This document shows positions 37,677 through 50,465 of a stretch of 64,000 nt of DNA, one piece after another (positions within the stretch are counted from its first letter, which is position 1; every line of letters starts with the position of its first letter). This stretch comes from Mobula hypostoma (Eukaryota): contig NC_086109.1 in the NCBI RefSeq assembly GCF_963921235.1, positions 26,414,001 through 26,478,000 of the forward strand, given 5' to 3'. The position numbers and the translations under genes were made by a program. A model generated the notes under the pieces. It did no database searches. It had not been told where the DNA came from and saw nothing but the letters and a program-made list of their open reading frames with translations.

Positions 37677-39134
37677 GGAGAGGTTCCGGAGGATTGGAGG
37701 GTTGCGGATGTTGTTCCATAATTCAAGAAAGGGAGTAGAGATAGCCCTGGAAATTATAGACCAGTGAGTCTTACTTCAGTGGTTGGTAAGTTGATGGAAA
37801 AGATCCTGAGAGGCAGGATTTATGAACATTTGGAGAGCCATAATATGATTAGGAATAGTCAGCATGGCTTTGTCAAAGGCAGGTTGCTCCTTACAAGCCT
37901 GACTGAATTTTTTGAGGATATGACTAAACACATTATGGAAGGTAGAGCAGTAGATGTAGTGCATATGGATTTCAGCAAGGCATTTGACAAGGTACCCCAT
38001 GCAAGGCTTATTGAGAAAGTAAGGAGGCATGGGATCCAAGGGGACATTGCTTTGTGGATCCAGAACTGGCTTGTCCACAGAAGGCAAAAAGTGGTTGTAG
38101 ACGAGTCATATTCTGCATGGAGATTGGTCACCAGTGGTGTGCCTCACGGATCTGTTCTGGGACCCCTACTCTTTGTGATTTTTGTAAATGACCTGGATAA
38201 GGAAGTGGAGGAATGGGTTAGTAAATTTGCTGATGACATAAAGGTTGGGAGTGTTGTGGATAGTGTGGTGGGCTGTCAGAAGTTACAGCAGGACATTGAT
38301 AGGATGCAAAACTGGGCTGATAAGTGGCAGATGGAGTTAACCAGATAAGTGTGAGGTGGTTCATTTTGGTCGGTCAAATATGATGACAGGATATAGTATT
38401 AATGGCATAACTCTTGACAGTGTGGAGGATCAGAAGGCTCTTGGGGCCCGAGCCCGTAGGACACTCAAAGCTGCTGCGCAGGTTGAGTCTGTGGTTAAGA
38501 AAGCATACGGTGCATTGGCCTTCATCAATCGTGGGATTGAGTTTAAGAGCCGAAAGGTAATGTTGCAGCTATATAGGAACGTGGTCAGACCCCACTAGGA
38601 GTACTGTGCTCAGTTCTGGTCACCTCACTATAGGAAGGATATAAAAACCATTGGAAGGGTGCAGAGGAGATTTACAAGGATGTTGCCTGAATTGGGGTGC
38701 ATGTCTTATGAGAATAGGTTGAGTGAACTCGGCCTCTTTTCCTTGGAGTGATGGAGGATGAGAGGTGACCTGACAGAGGTGTATAAGATGATGAGAGGCA
38801 TTGATCATGTGGATAGTCAGAGGCTTTTTCCCAAGGCTGAAATGGCTAGCACGAGATGGCACAGTTTTAAGGTGCTTGGAAGTAGGTACAGAGGAGATGT
38901 CAGGGTTAAGTTTTTTACGCAGAGAGTGATGAGTGCGTGGAATGGGCTGCAAGCGACAGAGGTGGAGGCAGATGCGATAGGGTCTTTTAAGAGACTCCTG
39001 GACAGGTACATGGAGTTCAGAAAAATAGAGGGCTATGGGTAACCCTAGGTAATTTCTAAGGTAAGGATGTGTTGGGCACAGCTTTGTGGGCCGAAGGGCC
39101 TGTATCGTGCTGTAGGTTTTCTATGTTTCTATGT
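37677..39134 (+). mobile_element. 5'-truncated CR1 LINE (RT, with frameshift and stops)
   Basis: NYRPVSLTSVVGK, MDFSKAFDKVPH, SGVPHGSVLGP and KFADD; (ttctatgt)n tail; 6-bp TSD TAAACA (37671-37676 / 39135-39140). Confidence 0.92.
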
Positions 39135-39351
39135 TAAACACGCATAAACCAGCAGGCACCTTTCAGTCTTCAACTGTTTGCATTTTTGTAAGTTATGATC
39201 CCTCCTCACACTGGAGGCACAGCGGCAGAGACTGTGAGTAGTTTCAAACTCCTGGAGGTGCGCCTCTCGCACATGTGCTTATGGTCCCAGAACACATCCT
39301 CCATAGTCAAGAAAGCTCACCGCTCCCTCTGTTTTCTGAGTAGCCTGAAGA

Positions 39352-40823
39352 ACTGAATTGAATTGAATTTATTTCTTACATCCTTCACATACATGAGAAG
39401 TAAAAATCTTTATGTTACGTCTCCATCTAAATGTGCAATGTGCAATCATAGTAATTTATCATAATTTATTATAAATAGAGCAGTCAATGTAACATAGAGT
39501 ACACTCAAATCAGCATGAGTTAATCAGTCTGATGAGCCTGTCGGTCCTGCGTTTTATGCTGCGGTACCGTTTCCCAGATGGTAGCTGCTGGGATAGATTA
39601 GGGTTGGGGTGACTTAGGTCCCCAGTGATCCTACAGGCCCTTTTTACACACCTGTCCTTAAAACTGTTTATCCTCTCAACCCCAGATCCATTGATGTCAA
39701 TAGGGGTTAGCTCATCTCCATTTCTCCTGTAGTCCACAACCATCTCCTTTGTTTTTGCAACATTGAGGGAGAGGTTGTTTTCTTGCCACCACTGTGTCAG
39801 AGAGATGACTTCTTCCCTGTAGGCCACCTCGTTATTATTTGAGATAAGACAATGTAGTGTTGTCGGCAAATTTAATGAGCAGATTGGAGCTGTGGGTGAT
39901 GACACAGTCATTGGTATACAGGGAGTAAAGTAGGGGGCTTAGTACACAGCCCAGAGCGGCTCCTGTATTGAGAGTCAGAGGGTTGGAGGTGAGGGAGCCC
40001 ACTCTTACCACCTGCTGGCCATCTGACAGGAAGACCAGGATCCAGCTGCACAAGGCAGGGTCAAGGTCGAGATCTCTGAGCTTCTTGTCGAGCATGGATG
40101 GAATTATGGTGTTGAATGCTGAGCTGTAGTCCAAGAACAGCATTCTCACATAATCACCCTTCTTCTCCAGATGTGTGAAGACGGTGTGCAGAGCAGTGGC
40201 TATTGCATCGTCTGTCGAACAGTCGTGTCAGTAGGTGAATTGTAGGGGGTTCAGTTTGGGTGGTAGCAAGCTGCAGATGTAATCCTTGACCAGCCTCTCA
40301 AAGTATTTGTTTATTATTGAGGTGAGAGTGACAGGACACCAGTTGTTCAGGTATTTTACCTTGGTCTTTTTTGGTACAGGGACAATGGGGGATAATTTGA
40401 AGCAGGAGGGCACTCTACACTGGGAGAGGGAGAGATTAAAAATGTCAGTAAACACACCCGCCAGTTGTGCTGCGCACATCCTGAGTACTCGCCCTGGGAT
40501 GCCATCTGGTCCCGCAGCCTTGCGACTGTCCACTCATTGGAAACATCTGAGTAACTCAGCCTCAGAGTTGACCAGGTTGCAGGTTGTAGCAGTGGCTTTC
40601 CTCGGAGGCTCAGAGTCAGCGACATTGAACCGAGCATAAAAGCGATTGAGCTCATCTGGGAGAGCGGCCGCGATGTTGGCGACCCCACAACGTTTGGCTT
40701 TGAAGTCTGCGATGGTATGCAGTCCTCGCCACAAGTCAGTGTGCTATTCATTGCGTATCTTGACTCAATTTTGTCCCTGTATTGTTGTTTCACAGCCATG
40801 ATAGCTTTGCGCAGATCATAGTG
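39352..40823 (-). mobile_element. Rex1/Babar-type LINE, 5'-truncated with an internal deletion
   Basis: [41 protein letters not shown] and KFAD; (ttcaa)n tail at 39355-39370; coding sequence jumps at ~39655. Confidence 0.9.
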
Positions 40824-41001
40824 CAAGGAAGGCTGGTCTATACACAGTTATACTCACAACCTTTTACAGATGTACAGTGAAGAGCGTCCTAACATGCTCA
40901 TCACGGGCACTGCACGATGACAGATACGAGGCCTCTATAATGCGTAATTAAAACAGACCAATGCATCACCAGCACCACCCTGCCCTAGATAGGGTGGCCT
41001 A

Positions 41002-43835
41002 GGAGATAATGATTATGATATAGTTGGGATCACAGAGACATGGCTCCAGGGTGACCAGGGATGGGAGCTCAACGTTCAGGGATATTCAATATTCAGGAGG
41101 GATAGACACGAAGGAAGGGGAGGTGGGGTGGCGTTGCTGGTTAAAAAAGAGATTAACGCAATAGAAAGGAAGGACATAAGCCGGGAAGATGTGGAATCGA
41201 TATGGGTAGAGCTGCGTAACACTAAGGGGCAGAAGACGCTGCTGGGAGTTGTGTACAGGCCACCTAACAGTAGTAGTGAGGTCGGAGATGGTATTAAACA
41301 GGAAATTAGAAATGTGTGCAATAAAGGAACAGCAGTTATAATGGGTGACTTCAATCTACATGTAGACTGGGTGAACCAAATTGGTAAAGGTGCTGAGGAA
41401 GAGGATTTCTTGGAATGTATGCGGGATGGTTTTTTGAACCAACATGTCGAGGAACCGACTAGAGAGCAGGCTATTCTGGACTGGGTTTTGAGCAATGAGG
41501 AAGGGTTAATTAGCGATCTTGTCGTGAGAGGCCCCTTGGGTAAGAGTGACCATAATATGGTGGAATTCTTCATTAACATGGAGAGTGACGTAGTTAATTC
41601 AGAAACAAAGGTTCTGAACTTAAAGAGGGGTAACTTTGAAGGTATGAGACATGAATTAGCTAAGATAGACTGGCAAATGACACTTCAAGGATTGACGGTG
41701 GATATGCAATGGCAGGCATTTAAAGGTTGCATGGATGAACTACAACAATTGTTCATCCCAGTTTGGCAAAAGAATAAATCAAGGAAGGTAGTGCACCCGT
41801 GGCTGACAAGAGAAATTAGGGATAGTATCAATTCCAAAGAAGTAGCATACAAATTAGCCAGAGAAAGTGGCTCACCTGAGGACTGGGAGAAATTCAGAGT
41901 TCAGCAGAGGAGGACAAAGGGCTTAATTAGGAAGGGGAAAAAAGATTATGAGAGAAAACTGGCAGAGAACATAAAAACTGACTGTAAAAGCTTTTATAGA
42001 TATGTAAAAAGGAAAAGACTGATAAAGACAAATGTAGGTCCCCTGCAAACAGAAACAGGTGAATTGATTATGGGGAGCAAGGACATGGCAGACCAATTGA
42101 ATAATTACTTTGGTTCTGTCTTCACTAAGGAGGACATAAATAATCTTCCAGAAATAGTAAGGGACAGAGGGTCCAGTGAGATGGAGGAACTGAGCGAAAT
42201 ACATGTTAGTAGGGAAGTGGTGTTAGGTAAATTGAAGGGATTGAAGGCAGATAAATCCCCAGGGCCAGATGGTCTGCATCCCAGAGTGCTTAAGGAAGTG
42301 GCCCAAGAAATAGTGGATGCATTAGTGATAATTTTTCAAAACTCGTTAGATTCTGGACTAGTTCCTGAGGATTGGAGGGTGGCTAATGTAACCCCACTTT
42401 TTAAAAAAGGAGGGAGAGAGAAACTGGGGAATTATAGGCCGGTTAGCCTAACGTCGGTGGTGGGGAAACTGCTGGAGTCAGTTATCAAGGATGTGATAAC
42501 AGCACATTTGGAAAGCGGTGAAATGATCGGACAAAGTCAGCATGGATTTGTGAAAGGAAAATCATGTCTGACGAATCTCATAGAATTTTTTGAGGATGTA
42601 ACTAGTAGAGTGGATAGGGGAGAACCAGTGGATGTGGTATATTTGGATTTTCAAAAGGCTTTTGACAAGGTCCCACACAGGAGATTAGTGTGCAAACTTA
42701 AAGCACATGGTATTGGGGGTAAGGTATTGGTGTGGGTGGAGAATTGGTTAGCAGACAGGAAGCAAAGAGTGGGAATAAACGGGACCTTTTCAGAATGGCA
42801 GGCGGTGACTAGTGGGGTACCGCAAGGCTCAGTGCTGGGACCCCAGTTGTTTACAATATATATTAATGACTTGGATGAGGGAATTAAATGCAGCATCTCC
42901 AAGTTTGCGGATGACACGAAGCTGGGTGGCAGTGTTAGCAGTGAGGAGGATGCTAAGAGGATGCAGGGTGACTTGGATAGGTTGGGTGAGTGGGCAAACT
43001 CATGGCAGATGCAATTTAATGTGGATAAATGTGAAGTTATCCACTTTGGTGGCAAAAATAGGAAAACAGATTATTATCTGAATGGTGGCCGATTAGGAAA
43101 AGGGGAGGTGCAACGAGACCTGGGTGTCATTATACACCAGTCATTGAAAGTGGGCATGCAGGTACAGCAGGCGGTGAAAAAGGCGAACGGTATGCTGGCA
43201 TTTATAGCGAGAGGATTCGAGTACAGGAGCAGGGAGGTACTACTGCAGTTGTACAAGGCCTTGGTGAGACCACACCTGGAGTATTGTGTGCAGTTTTGGT
43301 CCCCTAATCTGAGGAAAGACATCCTTGCCATAGAGGGAGTACAAAGAAGGTTCACCAGATTGATTCCTGGGATGGCAGGTCTTTCATATGAAGAAAGACT
43401 GGATGAACTGGGCTTGTACTCGTTGGAATTTAGAAGATTGAGGGGGGATCTGATTGAAACGTATAAGATCCTAAAGGGATTGGACAGGCTAGATGCGGGA
43501 AGATTGTTCCCGATGTTGGGGAGGTCTAGAACGAGGGGTCACAGTTTGAGGATAGAGGGGAAGCCTTTTAGGACCGACGTTAGGAAAAACTTCTTCACAC
43601 AGAGAGTGGTGAATCTGTGGAATTCTCTGCCACAGCAAACTGTTGAGGCCAGTTCATTAGCTATGTTTAAAAGGAAGTTAGATATGGCCCTTGTGGCTAC
43701 AGGGGTCACGGGGTATGGAGGGAAGGCTGGGTTCTGAGTTGGATGATCAGCCATGATCATAATAAATGGCGGTGCAGGCTCGAAGGGCCGAATGGCCTAC
43801 TCCTGCACCTATTTTCTATGTTTCTATGTTTCTAT
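41002..43835 (+). mobile_element. Young CR1 LINE with almost complete, uninterrupted ORF2 (APE endonuclease + RT)
   Basis: Frame open from about DYDIVGITETWL (~41011) to the stop at 43737. APE motifs GDFN and SDH; RT motifs GVPQGSVLGP and FADD; 3' (ttctatgt)n tail. Lacks ORF1 and the first residues of ORF2. Confidence 0.96.
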
Positions 43836-45210
43836 AACCTAAAACTAGATATGATACCATTTGCAATACATATTCTATCTGAATATATATAAAGAGACCC
43901 CAATTCATCCAGGGCATATGTACAGAAAGGTACTGGAAAAAGGCCAACAATATCACGAAGGATCCAACTCACCCTGTTTACGCACTCTTCGTCCCATTCC
44001 CATCAGGAAAGAGGCAACACAGTACCCACACCAGGACCGGTAGACTGAAGAACAGTTACTTCCTCCAAGCTGTAAGGCTGATCAATACTTCCACCCATTA
44101 ACTGAACCCACCATCCACCATCACCACGACATACACATTGCCCAGTGTCACTTTATGTACGTGTGTCTATGTGTATAACAATTATACATTACATTTCATA
44201 GGATTGTTTTTATATTTATATTTATTGTGTTTTTTATTGAGTTCTTTATGCTTATTGCGATTTTGTTTTTATGCTGCATCATAATTAGAGTAATAATCAT
44301 TTTGTTCTTCCTTACACTTGCATACTGAAGAATGACAATAAACAGTCTTAAATATGAAGCGTGTTTAAAACCAAACTAACTTGAAATATTAGAAGAATGG
44401 TAATTTTGCTGTGTTGATCATCATCATCATCACAGTTACAGGTTCCAGAACTGGGGTTATCTTTCTTTGATTCTCTTCCACATGATGGATATTTAATTTA
44501 GAAATCTTTACAGATTTCTGTAGGGTACAGGATTGAAATTCTTGCCCACAGTATTCAGTAACTCACCTGCTCTTGAGTCTAAGCCCTCGCATAATACATT
44601 TACCGGCATATACAATTGAGTTTTTAATTGTATAAATATATTTTGACATGTCATTAATTATTTGTGCCTGCTCTCACTTTGTAATGTTACAAATCTTCTG
44701 GGGTGATACTAGAACTAGGCACAAGTTGGACAAAGCAGAACAAAGCGTTTTGAGCTATTTATCTGAAAAACTGAGAAGCAAGAAAGTATAATGACCCCTT
44801 GGTAAAAATGTTTGGTTTACCCAGTGGTTGGAGTGATAATGTCTCCATGAACTATTTTATTATGTTGACAACAAATTTCAAGACATATGCCAGTGATTAA
44901 ATCTGATTCTGATTGAAACTGCCGAAGCAAAGTAGTTTGTTAATTAACATGGCCACTCGGTCAATATAACCATTGATGTGGAATCATTAGAGTCTGCATT
45001 CCGAAAAAAAAATTTCTTTTATATAAACCATGTTTAAGGTAAGTATTTTCTGTTATGTTATTGATTTGTTTGATTAGCCTTTGCTAAACACATAAAGTAA
45101 AGAGTTCGATTTGATCTAAGGCATTAAACAAGTGCTGATGTATTGGACTTCTCCTGATCCCTCTTCCTGGTCCTTGTTTTTTCTTCATTATTATATTCAG
45201 ATAGTTGTTA

Positions 45211-45257
45211 GAAAGGATTTGAAAACAAAGTTGCCATGAAAGGATTTGAAAACAAAG
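45211..45257. repeat. 20-bp direct repeat with 7-bp spacer
   Basis: GAAAGGATTTGAAAACAAAG at 45211-45230 and 45238-45257. Confidence 0.9.
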
Positions 45258-45280
45258 ATAAGAAACTTCTTTGATCTCTA

Positions 45281-45586
45281 AAAGGCATCCATTAGTCTTG
45301 CGAGACCATGGATCTGCGCCTGGAAAGTCTTCTCTCTCCAGGGCGCAGGCCTGGGCAAGGTTGTATGGAAGACCGGCAGTTGCCCATACTGCAAGTCTCC
45401 CCTCTCCACGGCACCAATGTTGTCCAAGGGAAGGGCATTAGGACCCATACAGCTTGGCACCAGTGTCGTCGCAGAGCAATGTGTGATTAAGTGCCCAAGG
45501 ACACAACACGTTCCCTCGGCTGGGGCTCAAACTCACAACCTTCAGGTCGCTAGTCCAATGCCTTAACCACTTGGCCACGTGCCCAC
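45281..45586 (-). mobile_element. tRNA-derived SINE
   Basis: Minus strand: A box TGGCCAAGTGG, B-box-like GTTTGAGCCC, CORE-like tgtgtccttgggcacttaa, then a distinct 3' region; tctcta on both sides. Confidence 0.8.
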
Positions 45587-46574
45587 TTCTCTATGCTCAT
45601 CCAATTCATTTTTTAAAATTTTAGAATAATCCAAAATTGAGAAAAAGACATTGCAGTCCCATGTAGTATCCTCAATACTATATAGCACTATACATCAAGG
45701 CAACTGTTTGTGAAAGTAAGATTTTCCCATTGGTGTTCCATAGTACAGCATAGTTAATTAGGGGGTTGTACTTGGAATTAACAGTATATTAGGTGGCAGC
45801 TCATTAAAGCAGCTCCTTTGTACCTAGTAACATTAGAGGTGAAATACCCAGAGGTTTCCACTGCCATTACAGTTCAGGTTTGGTGTTCATTCAAACATCA
45901 GAAACAATAACATTTGAAAATCAACCCAAAGACTATTTTACATCTAAGTAGGCTGAGGTGATTGTGAAATCAAAATGGAAGCACTCTTAGTTTGGAAAGC
46001 TGAAACCTCCGGTATCTTCACTTCCGCTCCACAGCTGCAGTTTGCGTTTTATTTTCAGATATTTTTCATAGATCTGCAAGTTATGACAAGCTGAGGGTCA
46101 GTCACAAACAGTTTGAATGATATTTTATGTAATGAGGGAATTGACATACTTATTTTTAAATGAAAAAAATCAAACAATATTGTATAAAAGGTCAAACAAA
46201 AATCTTAATTATTCTCTTATGTGGATTTGCTAAGGCTATAACTGATACTACTCATGGTGCTTTTAAAAGTTACCATAACTTTCTTACTACACCGTAAAAG
46301 TCATTAAAAGTGCATCTATATAAAATTTGTGGAGCAATATATTCCCTGAGAGTATTCTTGACATGACTTTTGTGACTGTTAAAAGAATCAAGTTTAAATT
46401 GCAATTATTTTTGCCGTGAAATTGTATACCGATCCCTGCCTGAATTTTTGGCTTAGATTTTTTGATCTTTGTATCATACCTACCATACTAACTTTGTTCC
46501 ATTCCCATAAATATATTTTAAAAGTTCCCTTGTTGACCTCGTGGCACACAGTTTAGGAACTCATTGTTGGTAAG

Positions 46575-47370
46575 ATGAATAGAGTCATAGCAGTTGGAAT
46601 TCCATACTGATCAGCGTGAAATGCTGCTCTTTGGGAGGATCGGACATAAACAGTGAATAATGATGCTGGAGGGGGTTTTGAGGAGCAGGGGGACCTAGAT
46701 GTACAAGTGCAAAGGTTCCTCTAGGTGGCAGCACAAATAGATTGGGTGGTGAGGAAAGCTTCATGGGAATACTTGCCTTCATTAACTGGGGCACAGAATA
46801 TAAGAGCAGGGAATTTAGGGTGCACCTTTATAAAACAGGTTGGACCTCACTTTGGGTAATATGCATAGTTCTAGTCGCCACACCAGAGGAGGCAAGTGAT
46901 ATCTCTGTAGCGGGTGCAGAGGAGGTTCACCAGGATGTTGACGGGCTGGAACATTACAATTATGTGGAGTTGTTTTACCTGGAGTGGAAGAAGCTGAGTG
47001 GGGGCGGAGGGGTGTATATACAATTATGAAGAGCGTAGTTAGGATAGAATGTAAGAAATATATTTAAAAAATGACAAGCAGAGATAGGGTAAATGGGAAA
47101 CTCTTCCTCTAAAACCAGAGGATGTTGATTGACGGTAAGAATAACATATTTAAAGGGATGTCAGGAAGAAACGCTCACACCAGAGGGTGATTGGAACCTG
47201 GAATGCACCAGGGTGATCTCACAACACTGAAGTATCTAGACAAACACTTCAATCACCAAAACATAGACAGCTATGGACCACGTGCTGGTGAAAAGGAATT
47301 GTTAAAGATGGGAGAGCATAGTTATAGTGAGTTGAAGGGCCTGTTCTGTGTTGTACGACTCTATTAATCT
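46575..47370 (+). mobile_element. Decayed CR1 3' fragment
   Basis: ILAFINWGTEYKSRE; tail gaagggcctgttctgtgttgtacgactcta. Confidence 0.7.
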
Positions 47371-47737
47371 CTGACTCAGGTGGAACTTCATTGTGCAATG
47401 AATTTGTTGAGATTATTCCTGCTAGCTTCCTGCCTCTAGGTCTCCCTTGGGTCCTTGACATGTGGTTAACCCACTAATGTATCATGTGGAATCATGCTGT
47501 CATTTTCTTTTTTTCTCTCAGGAACAATTTGCCACAATTTTCCTCAGTGTGACCACATTACAGTTGACTTTTTTAAAATACAACTCAAAGTTTTCATAAC
47601 AAACTTTCAAGGCTACTTGCTCAGAATTTTGGCAGCAGCTCTAACCTTACTCTGATCATTTATGTGTGTTGAACTGTGTGCTAGTCTTTTGGCAATGATG
47701 ATTAATATTTGAAATTTATACTGTGCTTCTCTGTCAG

Positions 47738-47898
47738 ATCTGCTGATGAACGACAGTTGTAACCCATTTCAAGGATCAGCTGAGAGTTCAAGTTTCCAGT
47801 CTTTATTAATAGATGAAGAAAGAGGGAAACTTCTGGTCGGTGCTAAAGATCTGATTTATGTTTTGAATCTGGAAAACTTGAACAAGGAACCCAAAAAG
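47738..47898 (+). CDS. SEMA3D: SEMA3D-like coding exon 2 (Sema domain)
   Basis: Acceptor ctctgtcag|AT completes GAT (Asp) with exon 1. Encodes [54 protein letters not shown]. Donor AAG|GTACAA; 161 bp. Confidence 0.93.
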
Positions 47899-48239
47899 GT
47901 ACAAATCATCAACAAAGTAGTTAGATTATGGATATAAAACATTTGATACAAATCTAATTTCAAGAGCATTTATTGTAGATTGAACTTAAATCAGCAAAGT
48001 AGCAGATTTTCACTTGTTTTATATGTCAGTAGCAACCCATAAAATAGGGTTCTTGGCTTGCATGTTCTTTTTCAGTGTGGGAAGTAGTTATGCCAAACAC
48101 TAAGATCATATAGCACTATGTTTTGGTATGTTAAGTGACTGAATAAAATGCTAATGGAAATTAGGACCTACTGTGTGTATCATGTGGTCTGCTGCTTTTA
48201 TTATTTTCGAAATAATTATGCCGAAGTATAGGACGGGTC

Positions 48240-49530
48240 TTCAGTTGTAAATTGGAGAAAGGTCAAGTTTGATGACATCACAAAGGATCTGGTAGGTGTG
48301 GATTGGGGTTAGTTGTCTTCTGACAAAAAAAATGTTTGGTAAGTGGGAGGCCCTCAGATGTGAAATACTGAGAGTACAGGGTTTGTATGTTCCTGTCAGG
48401 AAAAAAAAGGCAAAGCTATCAGGTTTGGAGACCCTTGGTTTTTGAGAGGTATTGAGGCCGTGGTGAAGAAGAAGTTTTGGTGTGTAGCAAGTGTAGGCAA
48501 CAAGAACAAATGAGATGCTTATGGAGCATAAGAAATACAAAAGAACACTTAAAGAAGGAAATCAGGAAGGCTAAAACGAGGCATGAGGTTGGTCTGGCAG
48601 ACAAGGTGAAGGAGAATTCCAAGGGCTTCTATAGATATATTAAGAGCAAAAGGACAGAAAGGGACAAAATTGATTCACTTGAAGATCAGTGTGATCATCT
48701 ATGCATGAAATCAAAAGAGATGGGGGAGATCTTAAATGGATATTTTGCATCTGTATTTACTCCGGAGACAGATGCAGGGTCTAAAATTTGAAGTATCATG
48801 TACAGTCCTGGTCATCCACTTGCAGGTAATATGCCAATAAGATTGAAGGAGCACAGAGAAAACTTGCAAGGCTATTGCTGTGAATTGAGGACCTGAGTTA
48901 CATGGAAAGTTTGAATGACTTAGGATTTTCTTCTCTGAAGTGTAGAAGAATGAGGGTAGATTTGAAAGGGGCACACATGAGGAGTATATACGGGGTAAAT
49001 GCAAACAACATTTTCCACTGAGGTTGAGTGAGACTAGAATTAGAAGTCATAGATTAAGGGCGAAAAGTGAAATGTTTAAGGGGAACATGAGGGGGACTTC
49101 TTCACTCCGAGGGTGGTGAGAGTGTGCAACACACTGCCAGCAGAAGTGGTGGATGCGGCTTGATTACAACAGACTAGGTTAGATGGGCCGAGGGCCCTGT
49201 TTCGGTGCTGTAGTGCTCTCTGACTCTGTGACTCTATTCTGCGATCTTCGGTTGGCCTAATGCCCAATGCACACAGTATCTGAAAAGTGTTCAGTGGCAA
49301 CAAAGAACTTACGATAAAAATGTAAGAACATTAGAAATAGGAGCTATCTGGCCCATTGAACCTGCACCACAATTCACTAAGATATGCGTGATCTGGCCGT
49401 GAACTCAGCTCCACCCACCTGCCTTTTCTCCATACCCCTTAATTCCCAGCTATGCAAAAATCTATTTAACTGAGTCTAGAATATACTTAATGAGGCAGCC
49501 TCTACGGTTTCCCAGGGCAGTGAATTCCAC
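48240..49530. mobile_element. Decayed CR1 fragments (plus 48240-49235; minus 3' end 49320-49530)
   Basis: LKKEIRKAK...KENSKGFYRYIKSKR; CR1 tails at ~49185-49235 and ~49322-49380. Confidence 0.7.
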
Positions 49531-49534
49531 AGAC

Positions 49535-50465
49535 TTCATATTTAAGTTTACTGTCATTGGCCGAGTCAAAGGTGGGAAGGAGTCAGCATATAGGAGGAAG
49601 ATTGAAAATCTTGTTGAGTGGTGCCACGCCAACATCAATCACTATCAGCAAGACCAAGGAGCTGATTGTTGACTTCAGAAGGAGGAAAGTGGAGGTCCAT
49701 GAGTCCATGAGGTCCATGACTCCAGGAGGAGGAAAGTGGAGGTCCATGAGCCAGTTCTTATTGGGGGATCAGATGTGGAGAGGGTCAGCAACTTTAAATT
49801 CGAAGGTGTTATAATTTCAGAGGATCCGTCCTGGGTCCAGCACATAAATGTCACCATGAAGAAAGCAAGGCAGCACTTCGACTTCCTTAGAAGTTTGCAC
49901 CAACCAAAATTCCTTTGGATGAAAATCCTACAAAAAGTAGTGGATATGGCACAGTCCATCACAGGTAGATCCCTCCCCACTGTTAAGCACATCTACTTGG
50001 GGTGTTGCCGCAGGAAAGTATCATCAAGGAACCTCACCATCCAGGCCATGATCTCTTCTGGCTGCTGCCATCAGGAAGTAGGTACAGGAGCCACAGAATC
50101 CTCACCACCATGTTCAGGGGTAGTTATTGCCCCTCAACCATCAGGCTCTTGAACCAGAGGGGAAAACTTCACTCAACATCACTCGCCCCCTCACTGAACT
50201 GTTCCCACAAACTTACAGACTCACTTTCAAGGACTTTTCATCATACGTTCTTAATATTTATTGCCTATTTACTTATCTTTTGTATTTGCACAGTTTGTAG
50301 TCTTTTGCACATCGGTTGTTTGTCCATCCTTTTGGGGGCAGACTTTCATCGATTCTATTGTGTTTTTTGTATTTACTGTGTATGCCTGCAAGAAAATGAA
50401 TCTCAGGGTTGAATACGGTGACATATGTGTACTTCAATAATAAATTTGCTTTCAACATTGAACTT
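49535..50465 (+). mobile_element. Rex1-type LINE 3' fragment
   Basis: KTKELIVDFRR, VERVSNFKF.GVIISED and LLPSGSRYRS; tail aataaatttgctttcaacattgaact. Confidence 0.82.

Larger units (their letters stand above)
39190..44355 (+). mobile_element. Old Rex1-type LINE 3' part, present in three pieces (~39190-39350, ~40825-40985, ~43905-44355)
   Basis: The pieces read in order: SSFKLLEV..SWSQNTSSIVKKAH; ILTTFYRCTVKSVLT; then the C-terminus and tail atgacaataaac. Confidence 0.7.

Noticed and set aside
41128..43737. 869-aa ORF as a host gene
   Set aside because: It is CR1 ORF2 (APE + RT) with a LINE tail and no true start codon.
45211..45257. CRISPR-like repeat-spacer-repeat
   Set aside because: Only two copies with a 7-bp spacer, in eukaryotic DNA with no cas genes; a simple local duplication.
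45500..45586. tRNA gene
   Set aside because: It has A/B boxes but continues into a SINE body and lacks a complete cloverleaf; it is a SINE head.
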